DNA of 64,000 nt, from the IMG/VR virus record IMGVR_UViG_3300036715_000626, positions 1 through 64,000 of that record; one strand, written 5' to 3'. Below are positions 50,632-60,281 of the stretch, one piece after another. The notes under the pieces were generated by a model. That model saw only the letters and a program-made list of their open reading frames with translations, was not told the DNA's origin and did not search any database. Positions within the stretch are counted from its first letter, which is position 1. The number at the start of each line of letters is the position of its first letter. A program made the translations under genes and the position numbers.

Positions 50632-52287
50632 ATGTTATCTAAAAGAATAACTGATAACGAAACTACACTTAAAGCTATTGGTCTTCTTTTAAAACATTTT
50701 GAAAAAGAAGAAAACAAATCTCTTATAAAAGTAAATACAAATAAATGTTTAGGAATATGTCGCCATAAATCTACTGAATTGACTATAGATATTCTCGATG
50801 ACTTCATGTCACAGTACGGGTTAACATTTATGGAAGGTCTCGGTAGTGTAGGAATTGTACTTCTAACATTTTCAGATTATTTAACAGGTCACCAAGTTAG
50901 TATTACGTATTGGGCGTATTACAGTTACGATATTAATAATGATAAGTACTTAGTTTATCTAGTTGATAATGATGAACCTGTAAGTATGACTTACAAACAA
51001 TTAAATCTACTGAACCATGGTACTAAAATAAACGGGAACTCTGTTGATATAAATGGTTACCACGCGGTGATTGTAAAGAAACATATGTTAGATATTAAGG
51101 ATGTGTTTCACTATCATCTTGATGCTATACAGTTTGATAAACAACTCTATACTAAACTAAATTTATTTCGTTTAGCATGGGCACAGAAAGATGATGATTA
51201 TATTGAATTCTTAGGAAGTAATCTATTAGGAGTTCATAAGGTTAGCTTTAGCGATAATGACGATAACATGTTATTGATAGATATTCTAAAGGTTGATAAA
51301 AACATTCTTAAAACGGATCTATTTAATCTTCCTGGTATTGACCCTAACTGGAAGATATCGTCTAACACAACCTATCTAACTCTTGTATATCTTATGCATG
51401 GATTTATTGTAGGTAGTCTTGACAATAAGACTAAAGAAGAAGCTTTACGAGAATGTTATTATATTTTTGCTTATAAAGTTATGGGTAGTTTGATATCTCA
51501 TTATTTTAACTACATGGACATAGCTACAGCTAAAGCAGTATTTGAACGATTATCGAATCGTTACCTTATTAAGAAATATGGTACATGGCAGGGAGTATTT
51601 GAATTTAGAGCTAATGATATATTGTTTGGTGGTATACATTACAACCGTATTAAAGATTTGACTACAGATGATGCCACAAGAGTTATTGCTGACCTACAAG
51701 GCCGGTTAAGAGAGCTTGTTAAAAACATCTACGCAGAGCTTGTCGAGGTACGTAACTCTAATGAAAAGATACACTCGACCTCAATGATCGAGTCTAATGA
51801 CGAGGGTGAATCTATTCGTGAAAATAGTGTACGTCCTGATTTATACATCAATTACGTACGTAGTGTGTTCAATACCCCTAATGACTTCATCAATGACGAT
51901 TTAGTGTATCTTATCGCGACTATCAATCCTAAACTAGATGTAGATAAATTTGTAGATACTCTTAAATATCTTAGTAATAACATTAAACCTAAGATAAATG
52001 ACAAAGACGATATTATAGAACACACCATAAATACAACAATAACATACCTTAGAACTAAAAATATTGTTAGCGACTATAACGCTAACGCTTATAACATATT
52101 AGTGCTTATGAAGGGTTACTGGAGTAGTTCTAGCGTTAAGGATCCTATAGTTAAACATCTTAAGGATTATATATTTAATATTGCTAAAATAGCCACTAAG
52201 AAAAAAACAACTTGGTTGTTGGCTTCTATAACAATATCCGTATTGTTATACATATTTTTACGCAGCTTGTATAAGAACAAAAAATAA
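50632..52287 (+). CDS. Conserved phiKZ-like core protein with an apparent N-terminal extension
   Basis: EFLGSNLLGV, LSNRYLIKKYGTW, DLQGRLR, LLYI.LR in the C-terminal ~400 aa. Confidence 0.7.
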   Translation: MLSKRITDNETTLKAIGLLLKHFEKEENKSLIKVNTNKCLGICRHKSTELTIDILDDFMSQYGLTFMEGLGSVGIVLLTFSDYLTGHQVSITYWAYYSYDINNDKYLVYLVDNDEPVSMTYKQLNLLNHGTKINGNSVDINGYHAVIVKKHMLDIKDVFHYHLDAIQFDKQLYTKLNLFRLAWAQKDDDYIEFLGSNLLGVHKVSFSDNDDNMLLIDILKVDKNILKTDLFNLPGIDPNWKISSNTTYLTLVYLMHGFIVGSLDNKTKEEALRECYYIFAYKVMGSLISHYFNYMDIATAKAVFERLSNRYLIKKYGTWQGVFEFRANDILFGGIHYNRIKDLTTDDATRVIADLQGRLRELVKNIYAELVEVRNSNEKIHSTSMIESNDEGESIRENSVRPDLYINYVRSVFNTPNDFINDDLVYLIATINPKLDVDKFVDTLKYLSNNIKPKINDKDDIIEHTINTTITYLRTKNIVSDYNANAYNILVLMKGYWSSSSVKDPIVKHLKDYIFNIAKIATKKKTTWLLASITISVLLYIFLRSLYKNKK

Positions 52288-52291
52288 AGAT

Positions 52292-52322
52292 AGTTAGATA
52301 CAGGCTACGCCTGTATCTAACT
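52292..52322. terminator. Bidirectional hairpin between convergent genes
   Basis: AGTTAGATACAGGC-TAC-GCCTGTATCTAACT. Confidence 0.75.
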
Positions 52323-52633
52323 TAATCTTTTTTAAACAACCCGGCAATTAGCAGTGTTGTCACAGCACCGATAACTGCTCCGATAGCTATCCCAGTTGCT
52401 AATTTTTTTGTATTGTGTTGTTTATCGTACCAACCAGATAACATATCGAGATAGGAGTTATTAACAACTGGCTCGTCCGATTTCGGGTCAGATACTGACC
52501 CGGATTCTTTTGTTTCCTCTTTCATTTCTGACTCCTCTTTCATTTCTGACTCCTCTTTCATTTTTGTTTCCTCTTTCATTTTTGTTTCCTCTTTCATTTT
52601 TGTTTCCTCTTTCATTTTTGTTTCCTCTTTCAT
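52322..52633 (-). CDS. Tail-anchored membrane protein with MKEE(T/S)(K/E) x7
   Basis: GAGGAG RBS; C-terminal transmembrane helix preceded by LSGWYDKQ. Confidence 0.75.
   Translation of the reverse strand: MKEETKMKEETKMKEETKMKEETKMKEESEMKEESEMKEETKESGSVSDPKSDEPVVNNSYLDMLSGWYDKQHNTKKLATGIAIGAVIGAVTTLLIAGLFKKD
52508..52633 (-). repeat. 7 x 18-bp tandem repeat ATGAAAGAGGA(AACAAAA/GTCAGAA)
   Basis: Read directly from the sequence. Confidence 0.95.
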
Positions 52634-52660
52634 TTTTTGTCTCCTCAGACTTTGATTTAA

Positions 52661-53314
52661 TTACTCAGAAATGATGACATCGCTGTCGTCATTACCGAAA
52701 TATCTAGCCACAAATTTTGCTGTGAAATAAATCGCAGCAATTATGGCCACAGTACTACCAGCCACAACCGCAACCTTTACAGGTGTTGGTTGTTTGTCGT
52801 ACCAACCAGATAAAATTTTCTGGAAGGATTTATTTTCTGGTTTACTTTCATCAATCACTTTGTTCGTGACTGATGAAACTTGGTCGATCATTTGTTCGAA
52901 CACACCCAATGGGTCATCCGGCTTTTCCGCATGATCTTGAACCATAGGTTCAATTTTCTCACGCCATATGCTATCGACATCGATAAATTCGCCGTTAACG
53001 ACGGCTTCATCGAGAGCCGCTTTGAAGTCTTCTATAAGACCGCTAACAGCCACTTTTTCACTAACCATAAGTTTGGCTAGTGATAAGTACCCAAAGCCAT
53101 CACTAATAACTAACGCGATCTCGCGTAATGTATCGTCACTAGCAGTGGAACAAAACACTGTTAGTTTGTTAAGATAGGATATCATCGGAGTAATATCCGA
53201 TTCTACTGTGCATTGTTTTAATACACTTACTAACTCTGCAAAAGTCTTTTTTGCGAGTGGGAAATCTTTAGCTGTTTCAGCAACGTATGGACCATCTATA
53301 GTGTTAACGCCCAT
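52661..53314 (-). CDS. Tail-anchored membrane protein
   Basis: AAGGAG RBS; LSGWYDKQ plus C-terminal transmembrane helix. Confidence 0.75.
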   Translation of the reverse strand: MGVNTIDGPYVAETAKDFPLAKKTFAELVSVLKQCTVESDITPMISYLNKLTVFCSTASDDTLREIALVISDGFGYLSLAKLMVSEKVAVSGLIEDFKAALDEAVVNGEFIDVDSIWREKIEPMVQDHAEKPDDPLGVFEQMIDQVSSVTNKVIDESKPENKSFQKILSGWYDKQPTPVKVAVVAGSTVAIIAAIYFTAKFVARYFGNDDSDVIISE

Positions 53315-53392
53315 GGTGGTATTCTCCTTTTATTTTATCTGTTATTATAATATAGAACTATAAAATATTGGAAATAACATAAAAAAGAACTA

Positions 53393-53420
53393 CTACACTA
53401 ACCCAATTGGGTTAGTGTAG
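53393..53420. terminator. Perfect 28-bp palindrome
   Basis: CTACACTAACCCAA|TTGGGTTAGTGTAG. Confidence 0.75.
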
Positions 53421-53424
53421 GTAA

Positions 53425-55059
53425 TTACAATGTGTAGTATTTGATAAGGTTAGCGATCGATGTATCGTTAAGAAGAGTACGATCTTTAGAGAACGCATGT
53501 TTGAAATTTACTTTCGCAGAATTCGCTTTACGTGTAGTTTTGTTAGCAAGTAACGCAATGACCGTTACTAATGCTTGATACGTTTTCAAACGTTCTGCAC
53601 CGAATGTCCACAAGTTATCAAAACGATGAAGTTTGATTTCATGGAATGCGTCTGTTGCATAGTGATGGAATACCATATTGACGAGATCAAATTTAACACG
53701 GAATGCTTGATAAACCGGAGTATCGACAACTGATGTCAATACGTTGTAAAGATCATAGTTACGCCCAGCACAAACTTGATCAGGAAGCATAGGTGTAGAA
53801 TTACCCATATCAGCATTATAACTAATAAGCTTACTAACCAATGTACGGAATTCGAGTGTACCTTCAGCAAGAATCTTATCAAGTTTGTCTTCAAATGACA
53901 TTTTGCTATCGTGAATAATAGCGTGTACATCATCAAGTGACAACTGTGGTTTCTCAGGTGCTGTATCAGCTGCTGATAACGGAGCGACTGTTGGTGCTGG
54001 TGTAACTTCAGGAGCTGCCGGAACATCAGATACTACTGGTACATCTACAACAGGAGCTGCTGGTTCAGATACTACTGGTGCGTCTACAACAGGTGTTACT
54101 GGAACAACGGTGTCAGCGATAACTGTAGCTGTTGCTACGTCTGGTGTAACTTCAGGAGTTGGAACATTTTCTACCGGAGCTGTTACTGGTGTATCGTCTA
54201 CAGGAGTAGTAGCGGTTGCATCAACAGGAGTTGGAACTTCAGAAACAGTAGCAGGTGTTGTTGTGTCAACAACTGTGGCGGTGTCTAACGCTGGTGCGTC
54301 TACAACAGCCGTGGTGCCAGGCGCTACGGCGTCTACAGGTACCACGACCGTATCAACTGCTGGTGTGTCTGCAGCAGTTGTATCAACTGCTGGAGTAGTT
54401 GCAGCAGTTGTATCAACTGCTGGAGTAGTTGCAGCAGTTGTATCAACTGCTGTTGTGTCTGTAGCAACTGTATCTACAGTTGCAGTAGTTGCAGCAGTTG
54501 TGTCAACTGCTGATGTGTCTGCAGCAGTTGTATCAACTGCTGGTGTATCTACAGCAGTTGTGTCAACTGCTGATGTGTCTGCAGCAGTTGTGTCAACTGC
54601 TGATGTGTCTGCAGCAGTTGTATCAACTGCTGGTGTATCTACAGCAGTTGTATCAACTGCTGGTGTAGTTGTAGCAGTTGTATCAACTGCTGGTGTATCT
54701 ACAGCAGTTGTATCAACTGCTGGTGTATCTACAGCAGTTGTATCAACTGCTGGTGTATCTACAGCAGTTGTATCAACTGCTGGTGTGTCTGTAGCAGTTG
54801 TATCAACTGCTGGAGTAGTTGCAGCAGTTGTATCAACTGCTGTTGTGTCTGTAGCAACTGTATCTACAGTTGCAGTAGTTGCAGCAGTTGTATCAACTGC
54901 TGTTGTGTCTGTAGCAGTTGTATCAACTGCTGATGTGTCTGTAGCAGTTGTATCAACTGCTGATGTGTCTGTAGCAGTTGTATCAACTGCTGTTGTATCT
55001 ACAGTTGAGGTATCGCTACCAGTTGACGTCGGAGTGGTATATTGTTTTGTCTTAGCCAT
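53425..55059 (-). CDS. Protein with long T/A/D/V/P low-complexity N-terminus and globular C-terminal domain
   Basis: Start ATG 55059 (AGGAG RBS, MAKTKQ); VDTTA repeats; ~170-aa folded-looking C-terminus. Confidence 0.8.
   Translation of the reverse strand: MAKTKQYTTPTSTGSDTSTVDTTAVDTTATDTSAVDTTATDTSAVDTTATDTTAVDTTAATTATVDTVATDTTAVDTTAATTPAVDTTATDTPAVDTTAVDTPAVDTTAVDTPAVDTTAVDTPAVDTTATTTPAVDTTAVDTPAVDTTAADTSAVDTTAADTSAVDTTAVDTPAVDTTAADTSAVDTTAATTATVDTVATDTTAVDTTAATTPAVDTTAATTPAVDTTAADTPAVDTVVVPVDAVAPGTTAVVDAPALDTATVVDTTTPATVSEVPTPVDATATTPVDDTPVTAPVENVPTPEVTPDVATATVIADTVVPVTPVVDAPVVSEPAAPVVDVPVVSDVPAAPEVTPAPTVAPLSAADTAPEKPQLSLDDVHAIIHDSKMSFEDKLDKILAEGTLEFRTLVSKLISYNADMGNSTPMLPDQVCAGRNYDLYNVLTSVVDTPVYQAFRVKFDLVNMVFHHYATDAFHEIKLHRFDNLWTFGAERLKTYQALVTVIALLANKTTRKANSAKVNFKHAFSKDRTLLNDTSIANLIKYYTL
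54345..55005. repeat. About 22 tandem 30-bp units, most containing CAGCAGTTG-TAT-CAACTGCTG or a close variant
   Basis: Visible periodicity of 30 nt; encodes (AVDTTAxDTx)n. Boundaries approximate. Confidence 0.92.
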
Positions 55060-55130
55060 GATCGAATCTCCTAAATTTATATTCATTAATACTGTTAATC
55101 GGGTCATAAACACGACACTAAGCAATATGC

Positions 55131-55868
55131 TTAGTGTTCAGTATGTGCTTTAATAAACTCGATCAAACGCTGGGTACTGTTATCTGTTTTGAGATTGAAT
55201 ACTGGAATATCTGACTCACCAGTGACTCGCAACACAAAGGTAGTATTACCTTGTTGTTTGTAATCGGTCTTTTTATCAACGGTCTCACTACCATCGAGAT
55301 TATAGATAAGCGCAATGTTTAATGGATCATTACAATCTTTACCAAGCATGACGTGAATATCGCGTGATAAAATAGCTCTTACACTCGGAGGTAATTTCAT
55401 AAACCGACCATGTGAATTGAAAGCGATTCCGTACGCCTTTTCACTAGGGCTCATTATAACCGGATTCATAAACTCTTCGTTGTATTTTTTCCAAGGAAGA
55501 TAACAATCGACTTTTGAATTCGGAAGCGCGACGATCTTAAGAGCGAGTTGATCACTCTTATCACCGTTATAACGGAAGGTATACCCTTTAGTAAACAATG
55601 CTTTAGCAAAGTTAATAAACCGTTCTTCCATTTCAGGAGAAAGCGGTTCTTTAACGCTGTGTAAGAAGACACCAAATGTCTTTTTACTACGGCTCATATC
55701 ACTTACAGAAATTTTAACCGGTTTAATATCTTCACTATCCCAAAGACTTACTTTTTTAGGTTTGTTAAAGTTATTCGTATAGGTATTTTTTGTTTCTTGT
55801 GGTGTTTGAGCAGCTGGTTGTTGGAATGCTTTTTCATCGCTTTCTAACATATCAAAAATATCGTCCAT
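55131..55868 (-). CDS. DprA/SLOG-like phage protein
   Basis: L..KGY.FR..G, YLPWKKYN, RDIHVMLGKD, GNT, IPVFNL. Confidence 0.6.
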   Translation of the reverse strand: MDDIFDMLESDEKAFQQPAAQTPQETKNTYTNNFNKPKKVSLWDSEDIKPVKISVSDMSRSKKTFGVFLHSVKEPLSPEMEERFINFAKALFTKGYTFRYNGDKSDQLALKIVALPNSKVDCYLPWKKYNEEFMNPVIMSPSEKAYGIAFNSHGRFMKLPPSVRAILSRDIHVMLGKDCNDPLNIALIYNLDGSETVDKKTDYKQQGNTTFVLRVTGESDIPVFNLKTDNSTQRLIEFIKAHTEH

Positions 55869-55915
55869 GGTAATTTCCTTGTGTAATGTTCACTAATAAC
55901 GGGGATTTAAAAAAA

Positions 55916-57181
55916 TTATTTAATAGCGTCAGCTATGTTAAATTCTAATGTCTGTATAGGTTTAAAGTGCATTGCTGACATTGATGTTGCTAGCATAATA
56001 CTACTTATATCTGTAACAAGAATAGCAATACCTGTTTTATAGTTAGCAATTGACTTACTAGCACAAATAGCGCAAAACTTATTTCCTTTTTCTCTACAAT
56101 ATTGCGGAGATCGTATGGTAATAACTTTACCTAAATACTGTTCAGGTTCTGTTATTAATTCACTTGTTTTATTTGGTAGGATTATATACCGATCTAGTAA
56201 GTTACTAACATTATTAACGGTAACTATTACTGTTTTACCTACACTAGTACCACAATCTCCATCAGAGATAGTAAGGCTTGATACCGCTCTAAGAATATCT
56301 TTAGCGGCTGATCCACCTTTCTGTGTTTCTTTACCGCGATCATAAGATCCAGAACGTGATGTGTTAAACATGTTAGTAAGTAATTGCTTATCTTTAGGGA
56401 ATCCTTCTAATAGAGAATTCTCTACTAATGCAGCTTGTCCTGATTTCTTATCAAACCCTACTTCAGAGCCAAAAGTGAGATACAGTTTACTACGCGCAGA
56501 ACTTGCTTTACCAGATGTCATTTTACCCATCGTAGGATCATCTTTTAACCACTCGGCATCATATGCTTTAAGAGCTGTTTCAAATTCTACAATCTTGGAT
56601 TGGTCTTTTACCCAGTCTTCACCATACTTAGTTAGCATCTCTTTAACAAGTTTCTTTTTAAACTCGGTTATCCCTTTAGGAGGTAACATAGTTCTTTCAG
56701 TACTAGCATATGTAGTTATACGAGATAACCCATGTAAATAACTACACGCATTTATGAACTCAAGATACTGTGGTACAGTTATTATATCATTAGACATATG
56801 TTTAGCAATGATTGTTTCTAGATCGCCCATTCTAATTCGTTTATCTATAAACGGAATAACATTACCAAAAATATCTGCTAGCATAATCTTATTAACAAGA
56901 ACTCTACCCAACTGTGTTGTTATGTCTTTATCAGCATTAGGTAAATATTCTTTACTAACCGTTACTGTATCAGCCATAGTCAAAGCAGGAGTTTTACCGT
57001 CAACTCCATCTAGGACAGTAAATACATCATCAATATTAACGTAGTATTTATTATCTTCTATTTTACAATAATCTAACTTTGGGTTAACCGCTACTACAAA
57101 CAAGGTATAAAACCATTCTAACTTACGGTGTAATCGTTTTTTAAATACATAATTTATATATTCTGACTTAGTCATGGTCAA
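55916..57181 (-). CDS. Virion RNA polymerase beta' subunit, C-terminal part (phiKZ gp80-like)
   Basis: SRSGSYDRGKETQKGG, DCGT, IRSPQYC....FCAICA, MSAMH. Confidence 0.88.
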   Translation of the reverse strand: MTMTKSEYINYVFKKRLHRKLEWFYTLFVVAVNPKLDYCKIEDNKYYVNIDDVFTVLDGVDGKTPALTMADTVTVSKEYLPNADKDITTQLGRVLVNKIMLADIFGNVIPFIDKRIRMGDLETIIAKHMSNDIITVPQYLEFINACSYLHGLSRITTYASTERTMLPPKGITEFKKKLVKEMLTKYGEDWVKDQSKIVEFETALKAYDAEWLKDDPTMGKMTSGKASSARSKLYLTFGSEVGFDKKSGQAALVENSLLEGFPKDKQLLTNMFNTSRSGSYDRGKETQKGGSAAKDILRAVSSLTISDGDCGTSVGKTVIVTVNNVSNLLDRYIILPNKTSELITEPEQYLGKVITIRSPQYCREKGNKFCAICASKSIANYKTGIAILVTDISSIMLATSMSAMHFKPIQTLEFNIADAIK

Positions 57182-58068
57182 ACCTTATTTTCAATTTCTA
57201 TCATATATTGGTTAGCATTACGTGCTAATATACCATGATCAAACGCTGGATTCGTAATAGCATCAATATTGAAATACAAATCAAAATAGTCAAACATAGA
57301 ATACCGTGAATCTATACCCATATAGAAAGTAGCCGCTATTTCTAAAGCAGCTAAATTAACATCGTTTATTGTGTTTACTGTAGCATACATTTTTTCTATA
57401 TATTCGATAACAGGTTGATCGTGATAACCTTCCTTACGAATGGTAGAAACTATGACTGTGTTATCATAATCTTTATTTATGTTACTAATGAAATTTACAA
57501 TACTCATATCATCGTTATCAAGAACTATTGTTTCTTTTAGATTATCAATTAGTAATCCTAATCGAGTATAAAAATCAATATCTACATCTTCTATAATCTC
57601 AAAGTATTGATGCTCTGGAACCGTAGTGTAAAGTGACAACATATACGATAATTTATTAGTAATATCGCGCTCATCGTCAGTGATAATCGTTTCTATTTCA
57701 TATGTAACTTCTGGGGATAATGTATGTATAATGTAAATCCCGTTCACTACTTCACTAAGTAACTTAAAGGTTGTAGCTTGGTTTAGGAATACTCCTATAT
57801 GTTCAAGATACTCCATAACTACAGATGATATAACTTTCTCCATAACCAATACTGTGTTATCACCAAGATTTTCATCATTCTCAGCAACATCTATTAAGTC
57901 ACCTTCTAACTCAGTTATGTCTAAAAAATAGACACTGGACATCAATCGATTCATATTATCAACAGTAGTCAATAACCCAATTATCGTAGTATATCGTTCT
58001 AAAGAAACTTTGTTTGCGATATAATCTTTTAAGTACGTAGACACAGAATATGCTGCTGTATTCATCAT
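57178..58068 (-). CDS. Acidic hypothetical protein (phiKZ gp79-like position)
   Basis: 296 aa; overlaps the start of the gp80-like gene. Confidence 0.65.
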   Translation of the reverse strand: MMNTAAYSVSTYLKDYIANKVSLERYTTIIGLLTTVDNMNRLMSSVYFLDITELEGDLIDVAENDENLGDNTVLVMEKVISSVVMEYLEHIGVFLNQATTFKLLSEVVNGIYIIHTLSPEVTYEIETIITDDERDITNKLSYMLSLYTTVPEHQYFEIIEDVDIDFYTRLGLLIDNLKETIVLDNDDMSIVNFISNINKDYDNTVIVSTIRKEGYHDQPVIEYIEKMYATVNTINDVNLAALEIAATFYMGIDSRYSMFDYFDLYFNIDAITNPAFDHGILARNANQYMIEIENKV

Positions 58069-58155
58069 ACATCCTTTTATTTTTTATTCATGGAACTATA
58101 AAGATTAATTTTATAGTTAAATAATGTATGATACACACTATATAAGGGAATTATT

Positions 58156-58701
58156 ATGGCAAAGAAAAAAACACCTAAACCAGAGGTTGTTGTGGCGGAT
58201 GGAACTAACACAGGAGAAGAGTTTACACGTAACCAAAAATTAAATTGGGAAGACATCGCATTGGCTCGCAGTGAAGCATGTAAGTCACTGATCGCGCAAC
58301 AAAGTTTGACACTTGAATTAACTAAAACTTATTCTGATATAATCGAATCAGATATTGAATTAAAAGAAACCATTCTTGGAATTTCAAACTCGTACGATGA
58401 TATCGTTGATGAAATCGTCGGTATCGACGAAGCTTACAAAATGCGTACCGGTGAAGTAGCCAATGGCGATGAAGAACTTGAGTATCTACAAATCGCAGAG
58501 CGCTATATCGCTATGCAAGAAAAAGTAGCTAACATTTCAAGTTCTGGTTTTATGGACGTCTTTGTTACCTTGAAAATTAAGGGTGTCGCAGGAATTGACA
58601 CAACTGACCTAAACGCTATCGCAGAGGCTGTAGTTGATGGTAAAAAAGATATTATCAATACTATTAAAGAAGCAGAAGCTTCTACTGAAAAGGAGAGTTA
58701 A
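58156..58701 (+). CDS. Hypothetical helical protein
   Basis: 181 aa; TAATG coupling to the next gene. Confidence 0.7.
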   Translation: MAKKKTPKPEVVVADGTNTGEEFTRNQKLNWEDIALARSEACKSLIAQQSLTLELTKTYSDIIESDIELKETILGISNSYDDIVDEIVGIDEAYKMRTGEVANGDEELEYLQIAERYIAMQEKVANISSSGFMDVFVTLKIKGVAGIDTTDLNAIAEAVVDGKKDIINTIKEAEASTEKES

Positions 58702-60281
58702 TGGCTGATGATGTAAATACACCGGAAAGTGATGTTAGTCAGGAAGCACCTGTTAATACAGAACCACAACCCGAAACAAAAGAAGAACCAACACAGGTTC
58801 CTGTGCATGATGAGCCAGTTCCTAAGTATAGTGACAACCATCAAGCTACGTCGCCATATACGGATGAGAAAGCTTATGAAAAAAATAAAGGCTCGGATCT
58901 TGGTGTTGGTATGCCGGTAGCAGTAGCAAGTAAGATCATGCAGTTTTTAGATGTTTTGGAAAAACTTACTGAAGATGAAGTACAAGCGCGCTACACGCCG
59001 GAAGCTCTTGTGGCTGGCGGTATCGGTATTAATTCTATTAACCAAACTACGCACAAGGATATCTATGCTAGCGAGCTTAATGAAGATACCGATAAATTTG
59101 TAAACGGTATTAAGTTTATGGATCAAGATCTTAATTTACGACCGTTACCACTTAAAACAAATGCAGGTAAAGTTACTGGTGATATGGCTAAAGCCAGATT
59201 CACATCTATCCTTGGTATTGGTGAAGTTGTACAGATCCCGTTACATCATAGCGGTATTTGGATTGCTATTAGTCCTCCTAAGGATAACGAACTTATCAAT
59301 CTCGAAAACGCGTTATCGTCTAATCAGATTTTGTTAGGTCGTTTAACAAGTACGCTTGTATACTCTAACTACTCAGTTGTGTTTAATCGTATTCTTGTTG
59401 ATTTCATTTTAGATCATATGGTCGCTACGAGTCTTAAACTTACTGAAGAGGATGATATTCGTAACTATATCTTAATACAAGATCTCTACCCGTTAGTATT
59501 AGGTCTTATTACATCAATGTATCCTGATGGGTATAATATTACTCGTTCGTGCGCTAACACTATCGTAGAAGACGAGAATGGAGTTCCTGTATGTACATTT
59601 GTTTCTACTGCTAAAGTAGATCCTAAAAAATTACTTTGGTTAAACAGAACATCTCTTAACAAAGAGATGATGATGCATATGTCAAAACGCACGCCTAGCA
59701 GCGTTACGGTAGAAGACGTTAAATATTACCAATCTACTATTAACAAACTTGCTGACCAAGAAATCATCGTCACTGCTACCAATGGAACTATTATTAATAT
59801 TACCCTCACATCACCTACCTTGTTCGATTATATTACAAACGGTGAGTTATGGGTACAAAATGTTATTAAGAAAGCTGAAGATATCTTTGTAACTACTGAT
59901 ACTGCGGAAATTAAGAACGGTAAAGTATCTGATGTATTGTCAGCTGTATTACTTGGTATTTACAACGTATACGTCAAACGTATCGAAAGTGATGGAGCGG
60001 AAGTTGATGACCGTTACAGTATCGATGAAATTCTTGACACCATCTCGAGTGATGAGAAAATTCTTGATGAGTTTATCGAAAAAGTCCGTGCGTACATTAA
60101 TGGTGCGGTAATTGCGATTGTTGCTACACCTGACTTCGTTTGTCCTAATTGCCGTTCAAACCAACCAACACATGAACTCAAAGCGTTTAAAGATCTTGTT
60201 CCTCTTAATGTGGTAGAGAATTTTTTCGCCCTAAGCGCTCTCAGAATCAACAAAATTCGAAACCGAAACATCACGTCTTAG
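58701..60281 (+). CDS. Conserved phiKZ-like core protein with C-terminal CPNC; candidate tail/baseplate assembly chaperone
   Basis: IPLHHSGIW, MYPDGY...C, LLW, P.F.CPNC, PLNV..NFF terminus. Confidence 0.7.
   Translation: MADDVNTPESDVSQEAPVNTEPQPETKEEPTQVPVHDEPVPKYSDNHQATSPYTDEKAYEKNKGSDLGVGMPVAVASKIMQFLDVLEKLTEDEVQARYTPEALVAGGIGINSINQTTHKDIYASELNEDTDKFVNGIKFMDQDLNLRPLPLKTNAGKVTGDMAKARFTSILGIGEVVQIPLHHSGIWIAISPPKDNELINLENALSSNQILLGRLTSTLVYSNYSVVFNRILVDFILDHMVATSLKLTEEDDIRNYILIQDLYPLVLGLITSMYPDGYNITRSCANTIVEDENGVPVCTFVSTAKVDPKKLLWLNRTSLNKEMMMHMSKRTPSSVTVEDVKYYQSTINKLADQEIIVTATNGTIINITLTSPTLFDYITNGELWVQNVIKKAEDIFVTTDTAEIKNGKVSDVLSAVLLGIYNVYVKRIESDGAEVDDRYSIDEILDTISSDEKILDEFIEKVRAYINGAVIAIVATPDFVCPNCRSNQPTHELKAFKDLVPLNVVENFFALSALRINKIRNRNITS
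60221..60227 (+). other. Candidate -1 ribosomal frameshift heptamer T-TTT-TTC
   Basis: In phase (AAT TTT TTC); the -1 frame is open from 60209 to the stop at 60706. Confidence 0.6.

Noticed and set aside
54345-55005. CRISPR array (palindromic repeats with linkers)
   Set aside because: Linkers are only ~9 nt and recur, the period is a multiple of 3 inside an ORF, and there are no cas genes in the window.
54110-55153. 347-aa plus-strand ORF
   Set aside because: Antisense shadow of the palindromic repeat; the minus-strand gene has the RBS and a folded C-terminal domain.
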